64,000 nt of DNA from Leucoraja erinacea (GCF_028641065.1 NC_073405.1:15066001-15130000), one strand, 5' to 3'. Shown: positions 36,047-50,151, numbered from the stretch's first letter. The notes: generated by a model from the letters alone, not told the origin. Translations and numbers: made by a program.

Positions 36047-38974
36047 CAGGGTTCGAAATTAGCGGTTGCCCGGGTGCCAATGACCACCCAAAGTGTCGCC
36101 GGGCAACCTAAATGCCGAGTCATTTTGCCCGGCTTGGCACTGCAGATACTGGTTTATACCGAAAATAGATACAAAAAACTGGAGTAACTCAGCGTGTCAG
36201 GCAGCATCTCTGGAGAAAAGGAACGTGATGTTTCGTGTCGGCGGTGGTAACAAGCTGTAGTCCAGGGCAAAGATACTAGGTGCGGCGTGACGGACAGTTG
36301 GAGCGAATGGCGTGCCCTGCACAGCGGCAGCGGCTCCACCTCCTCCTCCTCCCGCACCCCGCCCGCACTAATAGCGGTCGCTGCTTGCCACTCCACTATA
36401 TTCGCTTTTAAGGCAAACCCTCCCGCACGCCGAAGCTAGGAGGGAGGAAGGAAGGGGGAGGCCTCCCGCTGTCTGAAGCAACTGCACCGCTCGGCCCCGC
36501 ACCTTCCTGTTGGCTGGCGAAGGAGGGGAGGCGGTGGCGAAGAGATCCCAACTGCCTCCCCCTTTGGCGGCAGCACTTGGCGGTGGACAGGGACGGCTAA
36601 GGCAGCGGGGCGATGATGCTGACCCTGTCCAATGAGCGCTGATCTTCCTTCCTCCCCATCTCCCCTCTCTCTCTCTCTCGTACGACCCCTCCCCCCCTTA
36701 TCCTGAGACCCCTCCTCTCCAACCCACACTGATCCCCATTCCCGTCTCTTCAGTCCTCACTGACATCCCCTGTGCTCCCCAACTACCCCCCCCCCCCCCC
36801 AATCTATTAATCCTGCGCTGATCACCCTATCCACCTCGCATTGATTCTCCTGCCACTCCCCATCCATCCTACACTGCTGACCCCCTTCCCCATTCATCCT
36901 GCACTTCTCCTCTATCCATCCGGTAATGAACCCCTCATTCATCCCGTACTGACCCACCCTCCATTTACCCTGCACCGAACCCCTCATCCATCCTGTAGTG
37001 ATTTCCCCATTCATCTTTTACTGATCCACCTTTTATCCTGTACTGCTCCCCTCATTCATCCCATACTGACCCCCCTCCCCATCCATCCTGCAGTGATCTC
37101 CCCATTCATCTTTCACTGATACCCCCCCCTCCATTCATCCTGTACTGATCCCCTCATTCATTCCGTACTGATCCCCCCCATTCATCCTGCACTGATCTCC
37201 CCCCATTCATCCTGCACTGATCCCCCATTCATACTGCACTGATCCCCCATTCATACTGTAGCGATCCCCCACATTCATCCTGTAGTGAACCACCCATTCA
37301 TCCTGCACAGACCCTCCGATCCACACTGTACTGACCCTCCCCCCCCCCCCCCCATTCATCCTGTACTGATCCTCCCATTCAACAAAGAATGGGGGGGATC
37401 AGTCTGAAGAAAGGTCTCGACTCGAAACGTTGACTATTTCCTTCCTATAGATGCTGCCTCACCCGCTGAGTTTCTCCAACATTTTTGTCTACCCCCATCC
37501 ATCCTGTACTGATCAACCCATCCATCCTGCACAGACCCCCCCCCACATCCATCCTGTACTGATCCCCCCATCCATCCTGCACAGACCCTCCCACCCCCCG
37601 TCCATCCCGTACTGATCCCTCCATTCAACCCCTCTGACAACCCCGCGCTCTCCCCTCACAATTTTACCTACTCCAACACGCACTAATTCCCCAGCCTTAA
37701 TCCATTCATTCCACACCGATTGCCTTCTCAACACCCCCCCCCCCCCCCCCATCTATACATCCCGCACTGATTCCCCCCCCCCCCCCCCCCCGACCCTACT
37801 CCGCTGGAAATGTCTTCAGAGCGAACATTGACTATGTTTGATAACGGAATACAATCAAATGTGTTTTAATTCTCAATGTTATTATTTAATTTAATCCATA
37901 ACTCGTGAAACATTAAAACCTCAGTGTTCGATTGTCACTGCTACCGTTGACACGTTATTACAGAATTCATTTTAACGGCAAATCAATGCTCTTAATATGG
38001 AGTATCAGTACTGTAGTTATTTAATGAGCAACGTTCACAACTATACGTTGGATTTATCCAGGTTTTACTTCTACCGTCGGTTATATACAACACAAATTTT
38101 GTCAGGAGATTTTTCAATTGAAATTTTAACGTTAATTCTGAAGTGGGAATGATGGAAACAGCATTTATCAATTTTTTAAAAAATTTGGTGCGTACAAACT
38201 GGGTATCGTCATTGCTGTTCACAGCACATACATCTAATCTGAATGTCTGGTAATGTGGCGTTTTGACACCTTTAAACATATTACCAAAAGAACATTTGCT
38301 GCAGTTATGTCATTTGGCCATCTCTTGTCAGTTAATGTAATGTTTAACCTGTCAGATGGGTATAGTCGGTTTTAACAGCTATTATCATAAAATGCCTTTG
38401 GACATTTCCTTACAACCTGTATATTTTGTTGTGGATAAATTATGTGGGAAGCGAGAGTGTTTCTGTACCAATAGCAATAACGACCCATGCTATGGCCATG
38501 TCATGATAATTTTCGGTCCTTCACAGAAAACATGCTTGCATCAATCTGTAGTGCGCATGGTTAAGCATATATGTTACCATGGTCCAGGATTTATTGACAC
38601 AGGTTGATCATACGCTGAATAATCCAACCACATTTTTGTTTGGAAGTGGAAAGAAATAATAGAAATTGCATTAATTGCAATGCGTAAAAAGAGTTGAGAT
38701 ACTGTATTATAATTTTGCTGCATGTCATTGTGGTGTATATCATGTCTTGATTGGTGAATATGTTTAGTTTGCGACTTTATTTCAAGCAGAAATAATATGT
38801 GAATGCTTCATTGAGCATAATTCCGACTGGTAACTACGCACTTCGTCCCAGCACATTATTGGACGCATCATGCAAGCCGTCTTAAATAACCACCTAAACT
38901 GTCATTTGGCAAACTAATAAGCTGCCTAGGTTGCCCGGCTGGCAACAGGGAAAAAAAGTTAAGTGAGAGTCCTG
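36047..38974. mobile_element. hAT-like non-autonomous element with transposase remnants
   Basis: CAGG...CCTG imperfect TIRs, subterminal GGTTGCCCGG motifs at both ends, TAATA on both flanks. Minus-strand peptide KLINAVSIIPTS...VLYITDG resembles a hAT C-terminal dimerisation region. Confidence 0.7.
36760..37790. repeat. C-rich minisatellite, unit of about 20-25 bp (CCATTCATCCTGTACTGATCCC..C)
   Basis: Many degenerate tandem units, interrupted by a Penelope terminal fragment at about 37385-37492. Confidence 0.9.
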
Positions 38975-39769
38975 TAATACATGGGATAGGACAATCAATT
39001 AGCCTTCTATGCCACAATACAAACACTCCTCTACTACCTAAACTGTAGACATTTGAAAGGAGACTTGAATATCGACATCATGATAAGGCTAGATCTGCAA
39101 AAGACAAATGTCATGTGACCAGGACAAATTCAGGAGGCCCGCATAATGCCTTCTTGCACCAAATGCTCATCCCAACTGGAAACAGATCCTGTTTACTCTT
39201 GAAGAAATCCAATGAATCATTATTTCCTTCTATGTGCTAGCAGTTTGTTTTAAAGGGCCACTATTTTCTGGAAAAATGGAAACCTCGTAACATCTACTTT
39301 ATCTGCCCTTGTACATGTTCTAAAACCCTGGTCTTCACTGATCTACCCAATTGAAACAATTGTACTGCACAAAAAGTGCTATCAGAATTTCACCAATTTT
39401 GATCAAATTATTTGTAAATCTCTGATTGCTTAACATACGGACACAGGTGTTTGTGGGGATAACTACTACATTAAGCTTGGAATTAACCTGATGGCAGCTT
39501 TCAATACCTTTTTCATCACATAGAGGTTTCATCCACTAGGGCACAATTTTCTAACGGTCTAACAATCCTTGTAATAAGTTGAGATGGCTTAATTTATTTT
39601 ACAACAAATTGTTCTGTGAATTACAACTAATTGTCCTGTGAATGTATACTAGCATATCCATAGTGACGTCTGAGCACCAATTAGGCGTATATGAACAACC
39701 CCATCAATGGTAATATCTTCTATTTTAATCAAGTGAATACTCTAAATAATAAAATCAGTGACCACTCAC

Positions 39770-39926
39770 CAAACAGCTGATGCCAGTAAGACGTGAGAAG
39801 TGTTGTTAAAATAATGGAGAGGCGATTCTCCAAGCAGGACATCGGCCATTATGTAACTGGCAAAGCAATAAAGCATTGCACATAACCATGAGGCAATTGG
39901 ATTACGACGGGATACATCCACTGCTC
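39770..39926 (-). CDS. TMEM38A: TRIC-A exon 2 (157 nt)
   Basis: Bounded by TTTTACAG| and |GTGAGT. Encodes [52 protein letters not shown]. Confidence 0.95.
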
Positions 39927-42489
39927 CTGTAAAAAAAAAACGCACCAATCAGCCACATGTACCTTTATTTAACCTTGCATGGTCCTCAGATCCTCTTTTA
40001 CTATATCCAACATTGCATACATTTGCAAAAGCTGTCAGTCTATACCTTATTAATCTTTTTCTTGATTTACTAGGCATGAAGAAAGAATGACATCAAGTAA
40101 GAATGGCATCTTTCAAGATCTCTGGACATCCTGAAATGGTTTCCACTGGATGAAGTGTATTTAGAGGATAGCGATTGGTGTAATTTTGGAAGCAGTGCTG
40201 CAAAATTGGACACAGCAAGCTGTTGCACACAGCAATGTAACGGCCTGGCAATCTTTTGAGCGATGTTGGAGTCAGTAATAAAAATGGAAGATGATACCAG
40301 GGAAATCATCTTCCAAAAATACTGCCATGGGTTATTTTTACAGCACTTGAGAGCTTTTGTGTTCATATCTTTTGGGTAGGACCAGAATAGTCAACCTTTT
40401 GACTTGCAGGCAAAAGTTCAACTATAGTCATTCATTTAAATAAAAGATGAGATAGTAACTTAAGGAAAACACTACAAATGTGTAGCTTTATTCACTACTC
40501 TGTAGACCAGTGCAGCTTCTCTGGAGCTCTATAACATCGGCAACAGTTTTTTTTGTGTATTTCCCATCGCCCCATATCAATCACATGGATCCACAGTTAG
40601 TTTTGTAATTACAAATTGGCCACTCAACTCTTTGGTCCACATCTGCCCTAATCTGTCCATTCAAAATAGTGTCCCTTCATATACCCTGATTGATTGGATT
40701 ATATCAAATCCTACAGTGCAGTAGAGGTCTTTCAACTGATTATGCCTCTGCCAGTTCTTTAAAAGGGCTGTGTAATTCCAACCCCATCTACCCCCATAAA
40801 ATCTGCATGTCTTTTTCAAATGCATGTCCAATTGACTTTTAAATGTTTCAATGGAATATGACACCTTTAACATAGGTGCAAAGAAATGTTCCATTAGTTC
40901 TGCCAATTGTTTTTAATGTCTGGCCAGTGGTTATAGATTGACTAGCCAGAGTAAACAGTTTTGACCTGCCTATAATAGATCTTGACTAAAATTGTCTATT
41001 CAAATAAGGACATACTGGTTTCTCCAATTTCTTCACATTACTGCATTAACCTGGGTAAACACCCTGCATACCCTGTAAGAACCTTAACAATTTTCATAAA
41101 GTTTGGTGTCATAAATAATGCACAATGTATCATCAGCTACGAATGGACCAATGTTTGCGAAGGTTCAGCACAATATTCTTGCTTCTATATTTAATTTTCC
41201 TATCTGAAAAACTGAAGCTACGCTGTGCATTCTCAACTGCCCCCAGCATGTTCAAATGTTTGTGCAAGTACTCTCCCAGGTCCAATCAAAGCCAAATTGA
41301 TTATTCAGCTTCACTGAAATGTTTCATCTCGTGTCACATTTACCTACATTAAGTTGAGTCTGGATAGTGGGATATCAACATCAGCATTTTATCAATATAT
41401 TCCTGGGTTCTGCTGCGGCTTTGGACCAGCATCTTCAATATTGCTAAGTTTTGTATTTTCTACAAAATTTTAAACTTACTCCCTCAACTGAAGTTTGTGT
41501 TGTTGTCTAAAACAAGACAGGAATGAATTTCTGTTCATTTGAATAATGAAGTAATTAAAGTTTGAATTTGTGACAATGTCCATAATGGTGGCATGATTGT
41601 GCAATCCACTGTCATTCAAGCCCATGTGATTGCATAGCTCTAAGTGAGTTGAGAAAGTACAAAATGTGTATAAAACTCCACAGCCTGCATTTTAACAAAG
41701 AATGTCCTTTTCAAAATTAGAAACAAAAATTACCGTCATATGTTCCTTAAATAGATCATTTGTTGTGTAAACAGCTGTTAGATGTGTATTTGCCTGCAGT
41801 AAGCCTAGACATATACACACCCTGAATTCAAATTATTGGCTGGCAGTCATCAATAGAAACTCAACAATTACTGCTAACATGTGATTGCTGCTTCCTGTTG
41901 CTTTTAATGGATTATGTGGTGAAAGCTTAATTGTATCACTCTATCTACTCTGAGCTCCTTCTCCTCCTTCTACACCAAGGCATGCCCATGGATTCCCATA
42001 CTCAAATCATCTAAAATGATTCACAGGATTGCTTCCTCACATCTACCTCAGCCCTCTCAAATCCTTACATTCATGACATTCATTCAGCACGCCACACCCA
42101 CCAGCATCACAGTTTCTCATTATGCTGATATGATTGAGGTAAAACCCCTATGTACATTTATCGCTCCAAACACAACTTTATAAACACACCTTTGTCTGAG
42201 AATTTGTTTCTGCTTGTGTCCTCTCCCTACTTTTGTTATTATTATTTAAAAACACTCTTGATGGTAATTTGGTTTCTGGGTGTGCGTTGCTTAAAGTCAT
42301 CAATTATGTTGTTTGTGACCGCAACTAACACAGTAACTCACTTCATCGTCTTTGGAATCTCCAGACTCGTCCCTACTCCCTGCCACAGGAATTCACGTTG
42401 CCTACATCCCAACCCATGCTGATGCTAAGTTTGCACTCAATGCACTACACGCTTCACCAATAGCCTTGAAATGAATTACCCTGAGGTCT

Positions 42490-43035
42490 TGTTCATAAAT
42501 GCCAGGGTTTTCAATTGGGCCAACCTCAAGAGCATGCTACCAAAATATTACCAGCACTGTTCAACCAGAGGCCCAAACACCTTTGAATACTTCTAGATAA
42601 CAATTAAAGTGGCCTACTGTTCCATCCCCGACCACACTTTGGCAAATCTGACCACCTGTCTACGATTTTACTCCCTGCTAAAAAGCAAAAACGGATGCCA
42701 GAGGATCTGGTGCAGAACGTGCATTGTTGGTCTGAGGAAACAGATGCGATACTTTGCAACTGCTTTGAGTCAGAGAACTGGTCTGTATACAAGGAAGCTG
42801 TGGCTAACCTAAATGAGCATATCACTGCTATCACAGACTTCAAGTGTGGAGAGGAATGTGTACCAAAGAAGCTGATACGCACGTTCCCCAACCTGAAACT
42901 ATAAATTAACTGCGAGTTACATTTCTCAGCTGAAGTCCAAGTCTCCAGCATTCATATCAAGCATTCCCCAGCAGTACAAGAAATCTATTTATGATCTTCA
43001 CAAAACCATTGAAGATGCCAAGACTGGACCAAGCT
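42490..43035 (+). mobile_element. Degenerate Rex1-like LINE internal fragment
   Basis: Remnant peptides RPHFGKSDHL, HCWSEE...CFESENW and ECVPKK.IRTFPN. Confidence 0.7.
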
Positions 43036-45559
43036 TGAGTCCCGAGGCAAGCAACAAAGCGGTCTTCTGCAGCCTCTCCTGTGGAAGTGAAGGGGGGTGA
43101 TATTACGGTTTAGAAAATGAATTTCAGTGCCTGTAGTTTAGGATGTTGGTCTAGTAGAGGAAATTGGGGATGCATAAGAAACCAAAAATGAAATAGTGCA
43201 TGGATGCTGTGTGTTGCAGCAAAACGAAAATCTAGTGGGCCTTAAAACATTTTCAAACAGATTCTGCTGAGTAAGATCCCGGTGATCAGGATTTGGTGCA
43301 AGCTGGGTCTTGGTGCTTTTTGGATGAGCTGAAATTTATGGAGAATGAAAGTTATGAGGCTAGGTGAGAGCATTGGAATAGTTATGCCTGAAGATAACAG
43401 CAGCAGGGTGGCTGAGGCCAAGGTAGAGACAGACAATATCTATGATAGAAATAGGTAGTGGCTGCTGATAGAAATATATGAATGTTCTAGCAATGTAAAC
43501 AAAGAGGCATACATTACCAAGTTTATTGAACACACAAGTGGTCAAATATTTTTATTAGTACCTTATGCATTCAAGTTACTTGGAAGCTTGGGTACAATGA
43601 GTCAATCAACTTCATTCTGAGGCGTAAGTTTCTATGATTCTATGAAATGGGGTAAAATTCAATTCTTGAGCACTCCTATCCCCAAACTCCATTACTCGAG
43701 CATGGACATGTTCATTTACATCAGCTCCTGATTAAACAATACAATGATTGTAAAATGCTCTTGTTTTCAAATTTACCCATTGGCTCATCGTACATTATCT
43801 CTGTAATCTTCTTTAGTTCTACAATTTAGTTACACATGAAATCTGCAGTTCTCCAATTCTGGCCTCTTGAGCAACTTTGACTGATCATTGTTGACAGATA
43901 TCTTCAGCTGTAAATTGGGCAGGTTCTGGAATTTCCCCTTTAAACCTTGACTTTCCTCTTTTAAAATTAATCTTAAACCTGCCTCTGGCCAACTTTTGAA
44001 CGTTGCTCTATGTGGGTTAGTGCCAACTTTTGTTTATTACTCCTGCAAAGCCCCTTAAAATGTTCCACTGAATTCCTCTGAATATGTAAAATATGGGCCG
44101 GAAATTAGAAACCTACAATGCTATTCCATGAAGCTTGGAGTGAAAAATCTAGATATTATGGGAGGTTCACAAAGTATTTGTGTGTCCCACACAACACTTA
44201 TTTTTAACTGCAAGATTGACTGAAAGGTTTTATTGGGTTTCCCTTTCTATGTTTCAGTGCACACTACTGATCTATTACAGTTATATGGACTGCTGACATT
44301 TAGCTTGTTGGTATAATTTAAGCCAACTCTTAAAGGGACTGAATAAATGTCAAAGAGACATAAAGCATGGAAAAGGACCTTCAGCCCATGAAGTCTGCAC
44401 CAGTCATCAATTACTCATTTACACTAATCATATAATCATGTATTTTAATTCTCCTCGCATTCTCTTAAAGCTGTGCCACTGTGCCATCCCTAAAACAGCT
44501 TGATAAAATGAAAGGTAAAATGTTGAGAGGACAATTCAAGGCATCTGGTTAGGCTAATGAAGAACCAGTAGATATGCCTGCAGGAAATATGATATTTGAG
44601 CATGAGGGTCATAGATATCCTTCAGAGCTACAACCAGGTGCTCTTGGCAAGGTGTCAGGGAGTCTCAACTTTAGGGAAGCCTGCAATTCCGCTGAGTTGA
44701 AGAAAAACAAGATGAAATCTCTGTGCTTTATTCCAGCAATGAACAACAACAGCAGCTTGGAATGGTCCTGATGGTCGGAATCTGTGAGTGACTATAATCA
44801 ACATAACCTCCATGGGTCAAGCAGTGCAGGTACATGTATGAGAGTGTTTGAGGCCATAGGTCACTGATCCAAGTGAAAAAAATACAGTCCCAGTCCTGGC
44901 TCCTTAAATAGCAATTCGAGGAAAAACCATGAAAGTAAAATTTGATTATTCTATAAATATGTAAGAACTAATTTCTCATTTTTAAGATGAGTAAGGTTGA
45001 AAATGACATATGAAGCAAATAAGGTAGCTTTTACAGGTTGCCATTTTTGTCCAAAAGTCACTACTGAAATCCCATTTAATCGATGAATATTATTATTTGA
45101 TTTCAATTTTTTTTAAACTTGGGTTAGGTATTACTTTTTGAGCATTACATTAAACTATTAATTATAGATCAATCATTTTGGTTCTCTACCTACTCAAAGC
45201 CAAGAAGTTAATCTCAAGCAGTTGCTGTCAATTTGATCCTGTGCAGAATGATGAGCCTGCAGTTTGCGTGTAAAAGATACTGAGATTCTGAAAATATCTT
45301 CAGATCAGTTCCACCGACTCATACACACAGCACCACTCCCCACAATATCACTTGCTAACTCTTTCACCCAACTCATCAATGTGTAAAACTATAAGTAGCA
45401 CATAACTAAGATAGACACAAAATGCTGGAGTAACTCAGCGGGTCAGGCAGCATCTCTGGAGAAAATGAAAGGTTCTGATTCAGGTTGGGACCCATCTTTA
45501 GTTCCTTCTTTATTAGCAGCACAAACCTATTTTCGATCAAAGGACTAAAAGTTACATAC

Positions 45560-46230
45560 ACCACAGCAGAAGTAAAGATGTTGATCACAAACACAATATG
45601 GCCAAGAAAGCACACCAAATCCTCTACTTCCTCAAAATTTGGCAAGTCCTCATTGACTCATCAATTTATACTGATGCATAGAAAGCATTCTATTGGAATG
45701 TATCACAGCTTGGTTTAATTACTCACACTGGTCAACTGCCCAAGACCACACAAAACAATGCTTTACTGTGGATACGGCCCGGTCCATCATGCAAACCAGC
45801 CTTCTCCTCGTTTACTTCATTTACACTTCACATTGCCTTGGGAAACCTTATCAAAATACCACTCACACCCCGGTCATTCTCTCTTCTCCCCTCTCCCATC
45901 GGGCAGAAGATACAAAAACTTGAAAGCACATCATCAGATTCAAGAACAGCTTCTACCCGTGGTGTGATCCGACTCTTGAACGGATCTCATATGCTAAAGA
46001 TTTATTCCCGATCCTCCAATATACTATGTTACGACCTCTGCACATTTTTACCTGCACTTTCTCTCTAGCTGTAATACTGTATTCTACACTTGATTTACTT
46101 TGTCTTTTGCACTTGCTGTACTTATATATGGAATGATTGCACTTGTGCATTAAATGAACTGCCTGGATAGCATGCAAAAGTTTTTCACTGCATTTTTGGT
46201 ACACATGACAATAATAAACCAATACCAATT
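45560..46230 (+). mobile_element. Degenerate Rex1-like LINE 3' fragment
   Basis: HPGHSLFSPLPSGRRY remnant and 3' end TTTCACTGCA...ACATGACAATAATAAAC. A Penelope fragment precedes it at about 45410-45500. Confidence 0.75.
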
Positions 46231-47959
46231 GCATATGAAAACCAGAGTAGAATATAGCAGCAGATACCTTTCATGATCAAATCAGATTTTTGTGACAACA
46301 CACAACCTTTGGTACCCTCTCCCATGCAAGTATATCCTTCCTATGGTAAGAAGGCATACAATATTGCATATACACTTTTATTAGCTCTGTAACTAACCAG
46401 AGGAGCAAGACATATTTCCTCACATACTCAATTCTCTTCCAATAAAAGCAAATATTCTGTTTGCCTTCCTGAATGCTTGCTGAATGCCTAAAAACTAGCT
46501 CTCAGTGATTCATGTACAAGGACAGCCAGGTCCTTCAGAGCAACAAGACCTTTTAATCTCTCACTTAAAAAGAAAACTGCTTTTTTTTAAATATTTTTAT
46601 ACCAAAGAGGATGATATCTTATTTTGACCTATTGTCTTCTATCTGTTATCAACTTGCCAAGACTGCTGTAATGTAATGTAAGTTCCCAAAGTTGCAACCG
46701 TTATTGATAGAAAAGGATAAAGATCACTGACATATGGGAATCCCACCAGCTGTGGGTTCCCCTTCAATCACACACCATTCTGAATTGGAAATATATTGTC
46801 TGCCTTTCTTTGTAACTGTTTCCAGTTCCCGGAAGTCCCTGCCCATCAGCACTTCCATAAAAGGCCACGGCAGTTAAAGAAGGCAGCACACCACTAATTT
46901 CTCAAGGCGATTCAGAATGGGCAATAAATGTTGGCCTTGCCATCAATGCCCACATCACAAAGAAATCAACAAATTATATAAATATCTCCCAAAAAGCAAC
47001 AGTAATGTGGTTGACACTAGACTGAGTTGGCCATATTGTTTGTTAGACTCTGGAGTCACATATAGGCCAGATCAGCATATTTCTCTGCCTAAGTACATTT
47101 ATGAATGAAATAAGCTTTTATGACAGACCTGTTGTTTCTTGATCACCAAAACTGATGCCATGGTGTGATCAGAACTCGTTCCTAGATATTAACCAAGTCC
47201 TTCGATACCACTGGTCATGCAATGTAATCATTATTCTACCATAGTGAGGTTAGGGATGGGTAAAAATTCTATCCTTGGCGGCAATGCCCATCCTGTGAAT
47301 GAGAAAAAAAAGAAAACAAGGAACCAGAATGGGTTGTATGTTATCCCATAGACGTGGATACCCAATCATTCTATCTCATTAATAAAAATTCTACAAAAAT
47401 ATTTCCTGACTACAGAGTTCTGTAAATATCTTCCCCTCAGGACAATATTTCACATCCCTTCCTGCCTTGCAATCACAAGTGCATTTATTGAAAATGTGAC
47501 CTTCTTTGATTCTACTTTTCCCTGTAGCCATTCATGCTGTTTTCCACCATATATTTTCCAGTTTCCTTTCCAAATAACTTAGAACATCAATATTGACCAG
47601 TTTCCAGCTCTGTACATATGTAGAGTACTTGAAAAATACATACGAGGAAGGCCAATCAAACCATCTAAGTGGAAAGACCCATGATTATTGCTGGCTGTGG
47701 ATTTTAGGTGGCCTCTCAGGAACTTTTTACCATCAGCTCTAAACATTGTAACAATTACAGCATTTTCAAAGCAATTTTTTACATAGAAATTGGTTCTCAA
47801 AGCACCCTCAAATAAGTAATTTTGATGAATTAAATCATGTAATTAAAAGCAAAACTAGGAAATGCCAATGAACATGTAAAGGATTCACTATGTAAAATTT
47901 GGATTTAAGAGTGCTTTAAGTTGTTCTCGAATTTGATGGTCAATCTTATCCCTGTGTTG

Positions 47960-48300
47960 GCACATTTAACTCTGAATATGTAGGACATGAATTCATGTGC
48001 CATCTCAGAAATGTAAGCACATACCCTGACTGATCTGCACTCCAGTTCAGTACTGAGGGAATGCTGCACTGTTATAGGTGCCATCTTTCAAGTCGCATTG
48101 CAACACCAAGGCTGCTTCTTCCCTCTTAGATGGATGAGGAGGTCTGGCCCTATTTAAAGAATGATTGTCCTGGTCAATATTTATTCCCCAATCATGATCA
48201 CTGAAATAGAAGAGAGTCATTTAGCTCATTGCTATTTGTGCTACCTTCCTATACTTACTGTAGTTTGGATTTTGACTTCCTGATGGTTTGAAAGGTTCAT
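47960..48300 (+). mobile_element. Deu-domain SINE (SacSINE1/AmnSINE1 superfamily)
   Basis: CAGTACTGAGGGAATGCTGCACTGT...GGTGCCATCTTTC...GTCCTGGTCAATATTTATTCCC matches the recalled Deu-domain consensus. A reverse copy lies at about 40100-40360. Confidence 0.65.
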
Positions 48301-48472
48301 TATCAACGCAACATCATTTATTTTTAAAAGCACAATGCACTGTTAAAAGCTGATGGGTAACTATATTATCGCGGTGTTCCAAAGTAGCTATAAATTTCAT
48401 TTGCCTATTCAAGTGTTATAGCTTGATCATTTTGGTAACAAAATGTAACAATCGATCAGATTGTTACTCTGT

Positions 48473-49120
48473 GTTTAAGAAGGAACTGCAGATGCTGGAG
48501 AATCGAAGGTACACAAAAAAGCTGGAGAAACTCAGCGGGTGCAGCAGCATCTATGGAACGAAGGAAATAGGCAACGTTTCGTGCCAAAACCCTTCTTCAG
48601 ACTGATCGGGGGCGGGGGTGGGGGGGGACAAGAAAGGAAAAAGGAGGAGGAGCCCGAAGGCTGGGGGATGGGAGGAGACAGCAGGGGGACTGAGGAAGGG
48701 GAGGAGACAGCAAGGACTAACAAAATTGGGAGAATTCGATGTTCATGCCCCCAGGATGCAGACTCCCCAAACGGAATATGAGGTGCTGTTCCTCCAATTT
48801 CCGGTGCTGCTCGCTGTGGCCATGGAGGAGACCCAGGACAGAGAGGTCAGAGACGGAGTGGGAGGGGGAGTTGAAGTGCTGAGCCACCGGGAGGTCAGCT
48901 TGGTTATTGCGGACCGAGCGGAGATGTTCGGCGAAACGATCGCCCAACCTCCGCTTGGTCTCACCGATATAGATCTACTGACATCTAGAGCAGCGGACGC
49001 AATAGATGAGGTTGGAAGAGATGCAGGTAAACCTCTGTCGCACCTGGAACGACTGCTTGGGTCCTTGAACGGAGTCGAGGGGGGAGGTAAAGGGACAAGT
49101 GTTGCATCTCTTGCGCTTGC
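48473..49120 (-). mobile_element. Young 5'-truncated Penelope-like element with 14-bp TSD
   Basis: GIY-YIG C-terminus GDRFAEHLRSVR...LPVAQHFNSPSHS...RKLEEQHLIFRLGSLHPGGMNIEF. GATTGTTACTCTGT at 48459-48472 and 49121-49134. Confidence 0.92.
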
Positions 49121-49254
49121 GATTGTTACTCTGTCCTACCATTTTCAGCTGCCATTGAACTCCCCACGAAATTCAGGTGTCTCTGCGACTTCTCCAGTAA
49201 CAATCATATAACATTGAAGAAGGCTACTCAGCCTATTATGTCTATCCCAGCCAA

Positions 49255-49540
49255 ATGACACCCCAGCGGTATGAACATTGACTTCTACAATTTCAGGTAG
49301 TCCTTGCTTTCTCCCTCCTCCCCCTTCCCTTCCCAGCTCTCCCACGGCCCACTGTCTCTGCCTCTTCCTTTCTTCTTCCCACCCGCCAAACCCCCGCCCC
49401 CACATCAGTCTGAAGAAGGGTCTCAACCCGAAACGTCACCTATTCCTTCACTCCATAGATGCTGCCTCACCCGCTGAGTTTCTCCAGCATTTTTGTCTAC
49501 CTTTGATTATTCCAGCATCTACAGTTCTTTCTTAAACAAA
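49255..49540 (+). mobile_element. Penelope-like 3' fragment with hammerhead-like core
   Basis: Inverted relative to 48473-49120. CTGAAGA-A-GGGTCTCAACCC-GAAA-CGTC at 49410-49437. Confidence 0.85.
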
Positions 49541-50151
49541 TGTTATTTTTATATTGGCCTGTATGTTATGATTCAAGTGCTCATCTAATGTGATAAGGGT
49601 TTATGCCACCACCACTCTTAAGGGCAGTGAATTCCACACTTTTACTATTCTGGTGAAAACATTTTTTCACATCTCCTCCTATGTGTTCAAGCCTACGTCT
49701 CCAGGTTATCGACCTTCCTCTGAAAATTCTGTACATCTGTATCTTATAATCTCAATTCTCCAAAGAAAACACCCACAGCCTGATACAATCCACCCTAGTA
49801 ACTAGAATTCTTCTAGTAATATCTTTGTTAAATAAAAAAACTGAAAATGCAAGAAACACTCAGCAGATTAGGCGCATTTGTGGAAAAGGGAATGGTTAAT
49901 GTTTTAGATCAAAGAGCCATCATCAGAATTGAGAAAGATAAAAAACAGGTTTCCCAGTCTGATGATGGGTCTTAGACTGAAACATTTCCAACATATTCAA
50001 TATTTATTTCAGATTTTCTGCATCTGCATTTAGTTTGGTTTTCAATATCTTTGTTAAACTGCTCTGCACCTTCTCTAATTTATAACCTTTTACTTCAAGT
50101 GTGGTGACATCGTCCTCTGGAGTCTTATTGTTCTAATGTAACCTCTCTGTT

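Noticed and set aside
36760-37790. Regularly spaced repeats superficially like a CRISPR array
   Set aside because: Head-to-tail degenerate units without unique spacers, no cas genes, and a vertebrate intronic context. It is a minisatellite.
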